A DNA stretch of 64,000 nt from Vicugna vicugna (taxonomy: Eukaryota), in assembly GCA_013265495.1 (NCBI GenBank), contig MU057989.1, positions 1 through 64,000 on the forward strand, given 5' to 3'. Both the position numbers and the translations under genes were made by a program. The stretch's first letter is position 1, and every line of letters begins with the position of its first letter. Shown in pieces: positions 1 through 12,486 of the stretch. The notes beneath the pieces were generated by a model. It saw only the letters and a list, made by a program, of their open reading frames with translations, had not been told where the DNA came from and did not search any database.

Positions 1-329
1 GGTGGTTGCCGTCCCCACCAAGGACTCTGGGAGGTGGCTGTCCCCGCGGCCCTGGGGCTGCTGTGGTGCCGCTGGGGCTGTTGCAGCCGCACGTGAGACC
101 GTCCCTCAGACCTGCTGCGCGTCTGCTGGGCCATGTGCCGGGGTTCCTGCGGAAGGCCCCCCACCCTGCTGCTCCCCTGCTGGTCTCGGAGGGCCTCCTG
201 GAGAGGGGAGGGGGACGCTGCCCAACAGGGGGACACACACGCTGGTGGCAGACATACCAGGGAAGTCTGGACCACGAGAACACCCCTGGCGGGGATCCAC
301 TGGATCATCAGCCCCTCCTAGGACTTCAA

Positions 330-1460
330 TCTTGTACTGTACTGTGTTGAAGCAGGTGGGCCAGCCCCTTCCTTTGCAATCCCGCCTCCGCCTCCGTGTC
401 TGCTTGGAGGGCCCTTGTTCCCCCTCCTACCATGAGCAGCGGTGGTCCAGTGGGGATGTGGCCCTGGTGCAGCTGGACTCCCCGGGCAGCCCTTCACTCC
501 CCATGTCCCCCTCACTGAGGGGACCCTGTGGTAGATCACAAGCTGGGGTCCACCCAGGGGAGACTTAAGCAGGATGGGTCCTCACCTGCCCCTCCCCCCG
601 GCCCAGGGCACTGATGATGTTTCTCCAGCAAGGTCTGCCCAGGACGATTCTCTACCATGACTTGTAGATCCATCTTACCTGCCTGGCCCACCATGGAGGC
701 CGGGAGCACTCTAGTCCAGGAACCATGCTCTCCCCACTGTGGGAGCCCCCTGACCAAGGTGACCACCCAGGTGGGACTTTGGGGCCTTGAGCCGGTGTCC
801 AGGATTCTGCCCGTGGTAGGACCATTTAAGGTGATGCTGAGAGGCTGAGAGATTAGCAGGGGCTCCTTGGTTCCCAGGTGGGAACCTTCCTGCCTTGGGC
901 TTGAAGATGCTCCCTGAACCCCTGCTCCTGACTCTGGGCGGTTGGAGGAACTGTGTGGGCAGGGATCAGGAGATCTTAGTGGGTGTCCTCCAGAAGGTGG
1001 CTGTACCTGTCCTGGTCTGGGAGATGTGCCAGGAGATAACCACCTGGAATAGCCCAGTGTCCCCAGGAAGTGCTTCATCCAGGATGATACGTTCTGTGCC
1101 TCTTTGTGTGGGCAAGGAAACCTCCTGCCAGGTGACAGCCGCTCTGGCCACCCTCCAGGTTCACTGTGTCCTGGCTCTGTCCCCACTCCACACACTGGGG
1201 TCCAGAGGTACCGGCTTCCTTACCCAGGCCCTGTGGCCTCAGCAGAGGGTGCACAAGCCCATGGGCCCCAGGAGGCCTGGTGTTCGGGTCCAGCCCTCCC
1301 CCTCCTCAGGGTGAGTGTGGGGGCCGCTGGTCTTTCCCATCTGTGGGACTTGGATGCAGGTCAGGACTGTAAGCTGGGAATTGGATGTGCTCAGCCTTAC
1401 CGGCTCGGTGTCTACACTCACATGCAACATACACAGACTGGCTTGGGAGACCCAGACTGA
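330..1460 (+). pseudogene. PRSS30P: Decayed tryptase-family serine protease, PRSS30(P)-like; 5' exons not identified in the window
   Basis: Three colinear exon remnants. At ~400-565: SPSYHEQ..SGDVALVQLDSP, then GTLW*ITSWG with a stop. At ~975-1131: LQKVAVPVL...IQDDTFCA...KETSCQ, with a GT donor at 1132. At 1310-~1460, after an AG acceptor: GECGG in place of GDSGG, a 1-nt frameshift before PLV, then VSW / IGCAQPYRLGVYT in another frame. The position next to ZG16B fits PRSS30 synteny as I recall it. Confidence 0.7.
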
Positions 1461-1731
1461 GTGTCACTCAAGCATGTCCAGGTTCCCCAGAGCTCCCCCG
1501 CTGAAGCCATTGGCCTTCCTCTAGCTTGGGTCCCTGTGAACCCTGAGTAATGGGATCTAGGTTTACCCTTTCTGTGGGATTTGCAATTCAGGAGTCTTGG
1601 ATGTGACACAGAAAAAGGAATCTCACATGCGGGATTTGAAGGTGACGCCCAGGAGGTTTATGACTGGGGCTCAGAGTGACTGGGTACATTAGGAGTCCTG
1701 GAACTGTGGTCCTTCACTTAAGCCAATCACA

Positions 1732-1838
1732 TTGTATATATGTCTATGTGCATGTGTGTATGTGTTTGTGTGTGTGTGTGTAGACTGTGTATACGTGTGT
1801 TTTTCTGTTTGTGTGTATGTATCTTGTGTGTGTGTGTG
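1732..1838. repeat. Degenerate (TG)n microsatellite
   Basis: Interrupted tgtgtg run visible directly. Confidence 0.9.
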
Positions 1839-2904
1839 TTCTTCGGAACCTACCCACACTCACCGGCCACCGATAGCAGAAACTGTTCAATTCTCACCCC
1901 CAGGGGTGCCTCCTGACCCCCTTCTCCCTCCTCCCCCAGGCCTCCCACTTATGCCGACCATGAGTTAGAAGGAAGGATCTGAACCAAGAGCAAAACCCAC
2001 AGAGATTTTCCAGCCTGACCTTGGTTGTGATACAAACACAAGCCCCCTTTGTCTTCTGTTTCCCTGGCCCCTTCCAGAGGGGTGTTTGCAGAGGATTTAG
2101 AAGACTAACAGTTGTGCTTAAAAAACCCCACCCCAACCCTGGCTTGTTGCAACAGACAAAGAGGGTTCTCTTGATGCGTGGGTTGGGGGTGGGGGCGGGT
2201 GCTGGCTCCTGGAGGCGGTGGGGTGGGTGTGGAGAGGGCACTGCCCCACCTCCAGCAGCTCCTCTTGGCATCTAACTGCCTGGTGCATCTTGACTGCACT
2301 GTTAAATGTCTTTCAAAGGCCTCCCCGCCATGGCTGGCCGGTCTGTGTACTCTGATCAGCCTCTGGCAGGCCCGGGACTGGTGACACTGTCTAGGGACAG
2401 ATTAGGGGCCAGCAGCTGCACAGCTCAGTGTTGTGAAAGGAGAAACACTTCACATCCAGCACACAAACGTCCCTCCATGGCTCGGCCAGGTGTGGGTAAG
2501 GGAGTGGGGAGAATTAACTCGGATGTTCTGAAGGCTGACAGGCTGACTTCTGTCCAAAGGCCAGAATGTTTGGCCAAGGGTGAGGAGGAAGAACCAAGCC
2601 CAAGATAAACAGTCCCTTCCTCAGCCTGGGCTCCAGGGCTCAGGCTTGGCTTATGCCTTGTCTCTGAGCTTTTGTAGAGAGCCACTGAGAAGGAATTCAC
2701 AGGGACAGGCCAGCTCTGCCAAAGGCACTGGGCGAGTCTGGGCCCTGAGTTCCCAGAGCAGCATAAAGAAACCTGCAAAGAGACCCCTTGCTTGCGTTTT
2801 AAAGTCTTTGGGCACTTGGGGGGTGGGGACACACAGGAAATGACAGCTTTCCCCCTAGGTGATGCCCAAATGGGTAATGGGCAGACATCTGAACAGTGGG
2901 TGGC

Positions 2905-3095
2905 AGAGGGCTCATGGCTTTAAATTCCACAATTCACTAGGTCAATTACTTCAAATCTCTCAGCCTGGGTTTCCTCATCTGTAAAAACAGAAGATTAATA
3001 CCCACCTGAGAGGTGTTTTTTAGAATTAAATGAGATAATTGCAAAACCACCTAGCATTAGACATGGCCCCAAATAGGTGCACGATAGAATACTAG
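2905..3095 (+). mobile_element. MIR SINE fragment
   Basis: Core 'ctcagcctgggtttcctcatctgtaaaa...gaattaaatgagataat'. Confidence 0.75.
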
Positions 3096-4019
3096 TGTTC
3101 CTTCTAGCCATCTGTCCGTCCATCCATCCCTCCTCATTGCAGGAATAAATTCAAATCACAGGAGAATTACTAAGACACATACACTTCAGCAGGAAGCGGT
3201 TTTCACAAGCTGCCCTGGTTGCTTTAATCCTAGAATTTCTCATGATCTCAACCTGCCTGCTCTCCCCACCTCCCTTAGGGCCTCTCAATCCTCAGCTTTA
3301 AACAGGGTCCTCTCAAAACACCAAAGTCTGGTTTTTGTTATCTCTTCTTTGCTGTTTCAAGTCGCCCTGGGCAACTTTTCTTTCTGCATGTCTCCTCTTG
3401 TCCTCAGATTCTTTCTTCCCTGAAGCCAACTTCAATGGCTGGATGTCCTATTTATCAAAGTTAAGCCCCTTTACATGTCTAAATGCATTTTAAAATAGTG
3501 GCATTATATTCGCCAAAAGTCCTCAGCGAGTAGGTCTAGGTAATGGGACTTCTTTTCAACTGAGCAGTTTTTCCTAATTCCTGCAGTATGTATGTATGAT
3601 TTTTGTAACAGGCAAAAGAATATTTTTAAACTGTATTTCCTAGCAGAGTTAATTTCAATTTCTATTCCCTCTCCTCCTGCTGCCAAAACATTTCTTTTCT
3701 GTTTTGCCAAATTTGGGACATCTGGTATGTTTTAGCACATTCATCGAAGGACCTTTATGTTAAGGTAGCAGGGACATTTCATACTTCAAATGAGAAAATG
3801 AAGATCTCAGAATATCCATCTTCTGTGGAAAAACAGACGACCTGCACACCTGACTGCACAAGTTTGCATTTCTCTGCGGGCTCTGTGGGGCCCATGGGTG
3901 AGCCCCAGCAGACTTAGATGGAGCCTGGAAGTGGGAAGAAGCTCTCTTTTGCTGCATTGTCTGTGAGTCATTAGATCCTCCCTTCACTCAATACACCAAG
4001 TGACAGCTTGAAGAAAGAA

Positions 4020-4812
4020 GTTTAATATAAAAAAATCAAACATCTGGACAAAGATTTGGGGTGAGACTTCACAAGGGACGGTATATAAGTGGCCAACATG
4101 AATACAAAAAGATGCTTGTTTGTTACAGGATGGCCCAAATGTCAAAGACTGACAATGACAAAAGTTAGCAAGGATGTGGAGCCACTGGAATGCTCATGTT
4201 GCTGGTGGGAATGGAAAATGGAACAAGCACTTTGGAAAACTATTTGACAGCTTCTTATAAACTTAAACATACACTTACCATATGAGTCATCAATTCCACC
4301 CCTAGATATTTACCTACGAAAAATGGAAATTTATGTCTACACAAAGATTTACACACAAATGTTCATAAAAGCTTTATTCACCATAGCCCAAAACAACCCA
4401 AATGTTCAATTGGTAAATGGATAATTAATATGAGGTAGAAATAAAATGAAATAAAACTTAGCAATAAAAAGGGACAAGCTACTGAAATGCAAATAACATA
4501 GTGAATCTCAAAATCACAACACTGAAAGACACAAAAGAGAACATACTACATAATTTCATGATGTGAAACTTTAGAAAAGAAAAAATGAATTCATAGGACA
4601 AAGAGCACACCAGTGATTACCCGGGACTGAGTTTGGGAGGGGACCAAATGCCAAAGGGCATGGGGAACCATTTTGGGGTGACAGGCACTTTCTACATTTT
4701 AAGCGTGGTGGTAGATACATGGCTGTATATATTGGTCAAAACACAAGCTGTGCTATTGATGTAGGTGAACTTTATTGTATGTAAATTATACCTCAATAAT
4801 GCTGATTAAAAA
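4020..4812 (+). mobile_element. L1 (L1M-type) 3' end fragment
   Basis: Typical L1 ORF2-end/3'UTR text ('aaggatgtggag...tggtgggaatggaaaatggaacaagcactttggaaaac', 'gtaaattatacctcaataa'). Confidence 0.85.
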
Positions 4813-4817
4813 TAAAT

Positions 4818-4985
4818 GGTGGGGGAGGGTGTAGCTCAGTGGTAGAGCACATGCTTAGTATGCATGAGGTTCTGGGTTCAAGCCCCAGCACCTCCTAAGT
4901 AAATAAATAAATAAAACCTAATTACCTCCCCCCCTTAAAAAATTAAATAAAAATTTTTAAATTTTTAAAAAATTAAAAAATAAAA
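4818..4985 (+). mobile_element. tRNA-derived SINE (camelid Vic-1-like)
   Basis: ggggagggtgtagctcagtggtagag (A box)...gggttcaagcccc (B box), followed by an A-rich tail. Confidence 0.85.
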
Positions 4986-5179
4986 AGACAGAACAGGAAA
5001 ACAGACAGAGGATACAGCTGAATATCAAAACTCATAGAAGGGTGTATGATCCTGTCTTTAGAAGAGGTGGACAAAACCATAAAGGAAAATATGGAGAGAG
5101 ATGACAGCATGAAAGAGAAAACTTTTATATGCAAAACCACTTTTAAGGTCAATTATATAAATGACATAAAATTATTGGG

Positions 5180-5450
5180 ACTGACTACTTGATGGGTATG
5201 GCGTTTGGGATTTCTGAGGGGGAGTGAAAAATTTCTGGAGCTGAATAGTGATAATATTGCATAACACTGTGACTGTGCTTAATGTCACTGAATTATACAC
5301 TTTTTTTTTAAATGGAGGTACTGGGGATTGAACCTAGGACCTTGTATATGCTAAGCACGGGCTCTACCACTGAGCTCTAGCCCCTCCTCCAGTGAATTAT
5401 ATACTTTAAAGTGATTTAAATTTTACGTTAGGTGTACTTACTCATCATAA
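5180..5450 (+). mobile_element. L1 3' fragment interrupted by a SINE
   Basis: 'ctgactactttgatgggtatgg...actgaattatacactt' continues after the SINE as 'tgaattatatactttaaa'. Confidence 0.7.
5300..5390 (-). mobile_element. tRNA-derived SINE (Vic-1-like) with target-site duplication
   Basis: Poly-T followed by ggaggtactggggattgaacc...ctctaccactgagct. It is flanked by tgaattataca/tacttt direct repeats. Confidence 0.85.
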
Positions 5451-5749
5451 AAATATTTGCCAGCTTCATCCAACAGATGAATAGATGTGGAAAACCTCAC
5501 AGAACCCCTGCTTAGTTGGAAGCCCACAGAGAGATAGGGACCAGGATCTGGAAATTGTGCAGGATGGCGTAGAGGAAGCCTCCACGTCCAACGGCATGGC
5601 AGGGGGCGGGGGCCCCAGACTCTGGCTCCAAGGTCGGAAGCTCTGGGGAGATGGCCCCCACTCTGGTACCCCCAGGAGGCTAATATGGGGTGAGAGGAAG
5701 AGGGGCACCCCTCAGGAAGTGGGGTGCAGGACAGACCAAAGCAACCTGC

Positions 5750-5972
5750 TCATGGTTCTCCACCTTGGCCTACTGAAGTTCTGGACCAGATCATTCTATG
5801 TTACTTGTGTGCCTGTGGGCATCCCTGAACACTGTAGGACACTGAGCAGCATCCCTGGCCTCCACCCATTAGACACCAGGAACACTCACCCAGATGTGAC
5901 AACCAAAAGTGTCTCCAGACCCAGACAAATGTCCTCTGGGTCACCATCAGCCCCAACTGACAACCGCTGCTC
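5750..5972 (-). mobile_element. MER20-like hAT DNA transposon
   Basis: Reverse-complement match to the recalled MER20 consensus (gcagcatccctggcctccacccattagacaccag...tgtgacaaccaaaagtgtctccagac). Confidence 0.75.
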
Positions 5973-7499
5973 TGTGTTGGGGGGGTTGGTCCAACTTTGG
6001 GGAAAGCTGTGACTCCCCTAGTAAAAGCAGTTTCCACACGACGCGGTGTCTCCCCGGGGTCAGGGTCCTGCCCGGCTCCCTCCTACCTGGACTGTCTCTA
6101 AAGGAGGGTGACAGGCTTTCTAACCAAACCATCCTCCATCAACAGAGAAATCCCACTGATCAGCCAGTTCCCTTGGGTACATTTCTCCAGCTTCCTAATG
6201 GAGACAAGGCCCTGGAAACCCTAGGCAAGTTCCCTCCCTGCGGACACTGACCTCCGACTGGTGGGTACTAAGTTCCTGTGGGTTTCTGGCCCCTTCATTT
6301 GTGAATGCAGGTGCCAGGTTCCACCTTAGGATCCTCAGGATCCCTGTCCACCAGGTACAAGGCCCGAGCCTGGTGATCTCTTTCCTCGGCTCTCAGTTTG
6401 CTCATCTGTGAAATGGTATGAGCATCACCCACTGAGTTTGCTGCCAGATCCAGTGAGATGGCTACCTAGCGCTTGGCCCCACCACTGGCACATGGCAACA
6501 ATGAAGAAAACTGGGCCTGCCCCCTAGTGAAGCCTCGGGACTCCCAGCCAGACCTGTTTCCCAAACCATCCCTCCCAAACTATCCCTCCTCCCAGGAAGC
6601 CACCTTGGTGGGGCGGGGGGTGGGGAGCAGAAGGAGGGAAACAGAAAGGACAACAAGACTCACCAAGGAGCTTCCCCAGCCTCAGGCTTGGCTGAGGGGA
6701 TTCTCCAGCTCTTCGTCTGTCGGCTGCTTCCCAGTGCGCTGTTTGCTGAGGGCTGAGCAGGCTCAGCTAAAACACCCTCCCCTACAGCCTGTCCTCCCTC
6801 CCACCTGGTGCCCCTAGGGATGTGGGTTGGACTGTGCTGATCTTTGCATGTGTCCATTGGCTGGGGGATGTTTGCAAGGACCAGGGGCAGGGAAGGGTGC
6901 TGGACACTGGCTGGGAATAGACAATGAGCCAGGGGCACCTGGAGCTCAGCAGGCGTCTCGTAAATCGGGGGCAACAAGGTGTGGTGGATCGTCAGGCTCT
7001 GGACTTGTCCCTGGGATCCTGTCTGGCCTTGGTCACCATCTCCCCACACTACCTCTGGCGAGGTGCTGAACCTCTCCCAGCCTCTATCCCTTCAGGTGTA
7101 CAGCAGAATAAAGCAGTGACATGTCACAGGGTTAGGACAGCTGGTTCAGAGGCCTGGTCCCAGTGGTGCTCCACCAGCGGCATAATGAAGAGTCCTTGGA
7201 CGGGGCAGTGGGATTAGACTTTTTAAGCAGGGAATCTAAAAAGAACTCAAACAAATCTGCCCAAATGAGGGAAGGGTGGGGCCTTGTCCCCCACTTTCTC
7301 TGCAGCTGGACTTCTGTCTCCATCAGTTGCTTCTGTGTCTCCAGCCCTTTGGGGTTCACCTAGGCCAAGGCCTGCCTGATTTTTTCCTCCCCATGTACAC
7401 ATGGCTCTAGGCACCTTGGGTGTTTCAGAGCAAATATCAGTCCTGGAGTTGGGAATAGTGGGAAGGCGGTGAGTCCGCCTCCCTCCCAGCATCCAACTG

Positions 7500-8560
7500 A
7501 GGTTTGGGGAACACTGGAGCCCGCAGTAAGGAAACCCCAGCAGCCACGGGCAGGACACGCTTGCATGTCCCCACGGAGACCGGCAGGCCTCCTGCATCGG
7601 CACCTGCGCTGGACCACCAGCAGAGGGCGTCAGGCCACCATCAGGCGCCGCGCAGGCGGGTGGGTCAACGCCCATCCTCCCGCCTGCCGACGGTGGGAGC
7701 TCCTGCCCCCAAAGGCCAGCACCGGCTCTTCTGCCTTTCGGGAATCGGCTTCAAGCGGGGATTTGTCCCTGAGAAGTCGTCCGCCCAGTCGGCCCGCCGC
7801 GGTGACCAGAGAGCTGACGACCCGCGAGGGAAAGCTGGTCTCCGCGAGGCCCAGCTCAGTCCGTAGCCGGTCCTGGGTCCCACTGCACGCAGCTTCCTCT
7901 CGGCCAGGTGATCCCAGGCTGGTACCAATCGGCAAGGCCAGCGCGACGCTGAATGCCCGTGTTCAGTGAAGGTTCTGCATACACGTGAGCCCGCCTGGTT
8001 CTCTTCACAGAGGGAGTGGATCCAGGCGCCCCCAAGCTCCCTCACCCCGTGTTCTGGCCCTCGGCCTGTACTCTAACCTAGCATTGCATCCTGAGAACAT
8101 GTGCAACGTCTGCACCACGGGTGTTTCCATGGGGCCAGGGCAGGGCTTTGTGTGGAGGATGCCTCAGGGTTTGCTGTGGGATCCATGAAGGAACTCCCGA
8201 GAACCCACTCACATACAAGGGTGGACTGTGCCACCCACCATGCTTGTGACATCATCTGCACTATGGCCCCTGAGCTGGCGCCACTGTCTGCTCCTCCTCC
8301 CGCTCCTCCCGCTCCTCCCCTCCTCCTCCTCTACCCACTCTCCTCTAAATCCTCCTCTTATCCTGCCTGACCCTGATCCAAGCAGTGATGCTGGAGGGTC
8401 AGTGCTGTCACTCTTCCAATCAACACTGTCCCATTTCTGACCTTTGATGTTGCTGCACCAGGACTCAGGGGACGTGGCCCCCGTCACAGCCGCCAGCTCC
8501 AAGAAGGTGGGTACCGTGAAAGGGGTCAAGTGTTTTCAGGACTGAAACCAATTTCCCCTT
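7500..8560 (-). pseudogene. CpG-rich, coding-like decayed segment; tentative DCAF8-family (WD40) retrocopy
   Basis: On the minus strand, across shifting frames: an acidic GAG run (8292-8360), EWV, ALPWPH, RELG, LSGHRG, ADDF, PVLAF and AQVPMQE. These are colinear with recalled DCAF8 motifs (E-run, DWV, ALPRPR, RELG, LEGHTG, SDDL, PVLDF, GQVRVAE), but the spacing is irregular. Confidence 0.3.
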
Positions 8561-9134
8561 TAGCAAGCCAGGGGCAAGGAATTCATTATGCAACAGAGCT
8601 GGCCCCCTGGCATCAGGGAGCAGCTGCTAAGGTGGGATGGGACATCCCCAGCCCAGCCTGGTGGCTTCTCCCTGACGCAGGAAGGAACATTTGCAAAGCA
8701 CCTGCAGTTACACCATCCACACCCATCTCACATGTGTCCTCTGAACACCTGTGCTTTTATTACTGACACAGAAAAAGGCAAATCTACAAACACCCATAAT
8801 TTTGAAATAGTGCTGTGTGTGAATTTCAACATGTCTGGGATGACTGTAATTGATATGATGAGGTCACAAGCGCTGTTAGAGAGGTGTCCGAGGTCCCTTT
8901 CACAGGGAAGGAATACAGTTACCGATAGAAGACAATGAAAATATTGGTGTTTTTTTTCCTCATCCAGGTTAATGGACTCCTGAATTGTTCCCACAGATTC
9001 CAGGTTAAGAACCACTAAGTGGCTCTCAACCAGCATTCAACATTCAAATAAAAGTAGAGAGGAGGAAAATGTCAGTGTGCATCTCCCCTAGAGAGAGAGA
9101 GAGACAGGTGGGAAAATCTTTGCTTGATCTGGGG

Positions 9135-9345
9135 TTGTGAGCCCAGACTTTGCACCCAGACTACTTCAACTTGAATCCCAATGCTGCCACTTAGTGCTGT
9201 GTGACCAGGCCAAACCACTGTGCACTCTGTGCCTCGGTTTCTTCCTTTTCAAATGGGGTTAATAGATGTCCTGTCCTCTGAGGGCTGCTGTGGCAGGGAG
9301 TTTAGGTGGGACAGGGCCAGGCACTGTGCAGAATCGCCGAGTGTT
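9135..9345 (+). mobile_element. MIR fragment
   Basis: 'ttgaatcccaatgctgccacttagtgctgtgtgacc...ctctgtgcctcggtttcttccttttcaaatgggg'. Confidence 0.75.
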
Positions 9346-9599
9346 TGGCTGGTGCAGTTTGATAGATGTGTGCATGTTCTGTGTCACAGCACAATGTGTT
9401 CCTGTGGGTCATAGTCCAAAATGTTGGAAGTCTGGAGGGCTCTGAGACTCAGACCTTGGCAAGCCCCCTTGGAGATTCCCAGTTTGGGATGGGAGAAACA
9501 AAGAATTTGCAAGATCTGGAATCTACATTATTGGGCTATAACAAATGACCATCTTTCAAGAATACTGTCCTTGGCTACCCTTGGCACTGGCCTTTGCCC

Positions 9600-9950
9600 A
9601 AGTTGATTACTTGGCTTGGAATGCCCCTCTCCCCTTGTACCCAACTGGCCAGTTCTCACTCAGCCTTTAGGACTTAGCTCAGATATTGACTCCTCCAGGA
9701 AGTCTTCCCTGAAGCACACCCCACCACCGTACCGCTGGGCAAGAGTCTATGCACAACACCCTGTATCTGTCCCTATCAACACGGATGCCACAACCAACTG
9801 CCAGTATCTGCTTCTAACCTGTCCGCCATTGGGTGCCCCCAGCTGGACATCTGGCCTCTTTTTAATTCCTCTGGGGTCCCGGGAGACTTTTGTGCGCCAG
9901 GCCTTGACAGACCTATGCTGAGTGAGTGAGTGAGTCACTGAATGAATGAG
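9600..9950 (+). mobile_element. L2 LINE 3' fragment
   Basis: 'ttggaatgcccctctcccc...ctcctccaggaagtcttccctga', ending in (tgaa/tgag)n. Confidence 0.6.
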
Positions 9951-10285
9951 TGGATTCTCTGAGGTCTTTTGCACATGCAGAGAATCCTGGAATTGAGCCT
10001 GGGCAGCACAGGCCACCTGGATGGGATGGGGGCAGGGAGCAGTATGGGGCACCCTTGGAGCCCTGAATCCTCATATTTTATGGAATTGACCAGGGTCTGC
10101 ATGGGCACATCCCTCATCCTGGGCAGAATCACTGAGGCCTGGGGTGTCAGATCCACCGCCTGCCTCATCCTGCAGCTCTGCTCAGTGATCTCCACCCTGG
10201 AGGCCTCACCCCCCACAAGCTCAGAAGGCTCTGTTCGTATGCCAGACTCAAGGACCATGCCTGGATGCACTGTTCCAGCAGAAGC

Positions 10286-10291
10286 TTTATT
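10286..10291 (-). terminator. ZG16B polyadenylation signal AATAAA
   Basis: tttatt on the + strand, ~120 nt downstream of the stop codon. Confidence 0.75.
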
Positions 10292-10413
10292 TATTTGTGG
10301 ATTCTGATTCAAGGTCTCAATCTAGACTCCTGTGCAGTCAGCCCACAACCAGCCAGACAGCATCGCAGGGTAACCCACAACCTAGCCCTGCAGACAAAGA
10401 GTGACCAGTCTCC

Positions 10414-12291
10414 TCAGGCTGAGGTACTAGATGGTTGAACAGTGGTCATCTCTACTAGAGGATAATCCCACTCAAAGCCTATGCTGGAGATGCCCAGTAA
10501 CTTATACTGCCCATAGATTCCAGTGAGCACCTTCTCACTCCCATCAGGTAAGGCAAAAAAGTTCCTGCCACCATTCTCTCCAAATACAGTCCACTTATTT
10601 TGGTCAGTGTAAATCACCAAGTACCGGAGGAAAAGCCTGTAGGAGCCGTAGACTGCTGTAATGTGTTCGCCTGGCTGCAGGAGGAATTCCTGGCACGTCC
10701 CACCTGCAACTCCATAGCGTTCACTCCAGGAGGAGCCATACCTCACCTGGATGCTGGGAGGAAAAGGGAACTCTGAAAGCTCGGGATCCAAGGTGACTCA
10801 CCAGACCCAGGTCCTCTACCCTCACCCCCTGGGCACCAGCAAGGAGGTCAGCCCTGTGACTGCAGTGTAAGTCCCTGAGCACATGACTTTGGGTTTCTGA
10901 GACAGGCATATGGCTCCCCATCGCCTGTTCTGTCTCTTTCAGACCCAGTGATTTGGGCTTTTTCCCAGCCTCTCCAGGCCTCACTTTCTCATCTGCAAAG
11001 GGGGAGTGATTTGGGGGGTCAAGGGAGTCACTGACATCTTCCAGCAGGAGAGCTCCACAAGGTGCCCAGTCACCATGACCCTCAGGAGGTGCCAGCTGCT
11101 CTCATTACTCAGAGCAGGGAGCTGTCCTCTGGCCAAACTTGGGCTTTTGGAGCCCCAGTCACTGCCACCAGACCAAGTAGCAGGCATGAGAAGCAGGGGA
11201 CTCCCACATTCATGTGGGGGAGCTCCACTTGCTCTACCCCTCTGGGCTGATCTGTGGTCTTTCCCAACCTTGGTTTCTATCCCCTAGCCTTCCCACGTTA
11301 CCTGATCCCACCCACATTCTGTCCCCTTTTGTGCCTCCTGCTCTGTCCCATTCCCTTGCCCAGGTCCCTGGGACCCTATAAGTGCAGAGCAAAGATCCAC
11401 CCCATACTTGAGCAAAACACCCCCCACAACGTTAGAGGAATGCCCCTGGACTTGCTGCCTCTACACAATTCTTGTGTTCAATCAGTGGTCCACTCTGACC
11501 CTCACTTCCTCTTCTCTTTGGTCCTAACCTGAGAAGACCTTCCCCATGCTTTTCCCATGAGGCATTCTCAAACTGAGAGACCAGTATTTGTTGAATTTGG
11601 GTTGAAAGGTGAAAGTTTGTAGAAGTATCATCTATGCCTCCCTTTAGCTCAACCCAGGAAGCAGAAGCCAGAATTGTAGGTGGAGAGAGAAAGAAGTGGT
11701 GCTGGGGTGCAGGAGAGAAAGCAGCAGAGGAAAAGGGACAAAGGGAAGGGATGGCTGGTGTCCACAGGACTCTGAGGCCTCAACTAGCCTCAAAGAGTCA
11801 TCAGGAACCCAGTGAGGATGTTGGGGGAAGAGGCCCTCAGCCCTCTTCCCCAAGTTCCCTAGGCTGTGGTGTGAGTGGGAACACAGTGATGTGGCCACGT
11901 GGCCTGGTCCTACTCACCTCTTAACTATGCCCACAGCACCTATACACACTCGAATCCCGGTTATTTCATTTCCATTGTCTTTGGAGGTACTGAAATACCA
12001 GCCTCCTCCGGATCCATAGATCTCTAGGATGAACGAAACAGGTGAGAGAGAGAAAAAAAGACACACAATGATATGCTGGTGATCTCTGCCCAGAAGAAGA
12101 TGGGACAGTCCTGAGACTAGATTTAGTCTGTGACAAGGGCTGGGACCAGACCTCAGGTTCTGGGTGGAGGGAAGTGAGGGTGACCACCAGGGACAGGGGA
12201 GGATGGACTGGTGGAGGCAGACCCAGCCAGACTTACGTCCTGCCCAGCAGGTGCTGCTCCACAGGAGGGTGAGGGTCAGCCACAGCAGCAT
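10414..12291 (-). CDS. ZG16B: Zymogen granule protein 16B (secreted jacalin-like lectin), 166 aa
   Basis: Coding exons 12291-12237, 12023-11918 and 10753-10414 with GT-AG junctions and a continuous frame (501 nt). Signal peptide MLLWLTLTLLWSSTCWAG, then QIYGSGGGWYFSTS...EITGIRV...LQPGEHIT...GIYGQYKLLGISSIGFEWDYP. A non-coding exon 1 ends at 12405. Confidence 0.93.
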
Positions 12292-12480
12292 GGTTTCTAG
12301 CTGGGGAGTCAAGAGCTCCTGGAAGGAAGAGGACAGGCCGTCTGACTCTTAGGAGCCTCGCCAACCTCGAGGGGCCCCATCCATGGCATGGGGCACCATC
12401 TTACCTGGCCTGGAGAGTCTTGTGGCCTGGTCCCGGCACTGGGGATTCTTGCGGTGCCTGGTCCCCCTTCTATCTGGCCC

Positions 12481-12486
12481 TTTATA
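12481..12486 (-). promoter_or_regulatory. ZG16B TATA box (TATAAA)
   Basis: gggTATAAAgggcc on the minus strand, just upstream of short non-coding exon 1. Confidence 0.7.

Noticed and set aside
1..330. 5' exons (IVGG/His) of the PRSS30-like pseudogene
   Set aside because: Only vague GHV- and RW-like fragments are present, with no convincing motif or splice sites.
4818..4895. tRNA genes at the 'gctcagtggtagag…ggttcaa' motifs (also ~5310, 31330, 34280, 34395, 35350, 60075)
   Set aside because: A-rich tails, TSDs and multiple diverged copies indicate tRNA-derived SINEs.
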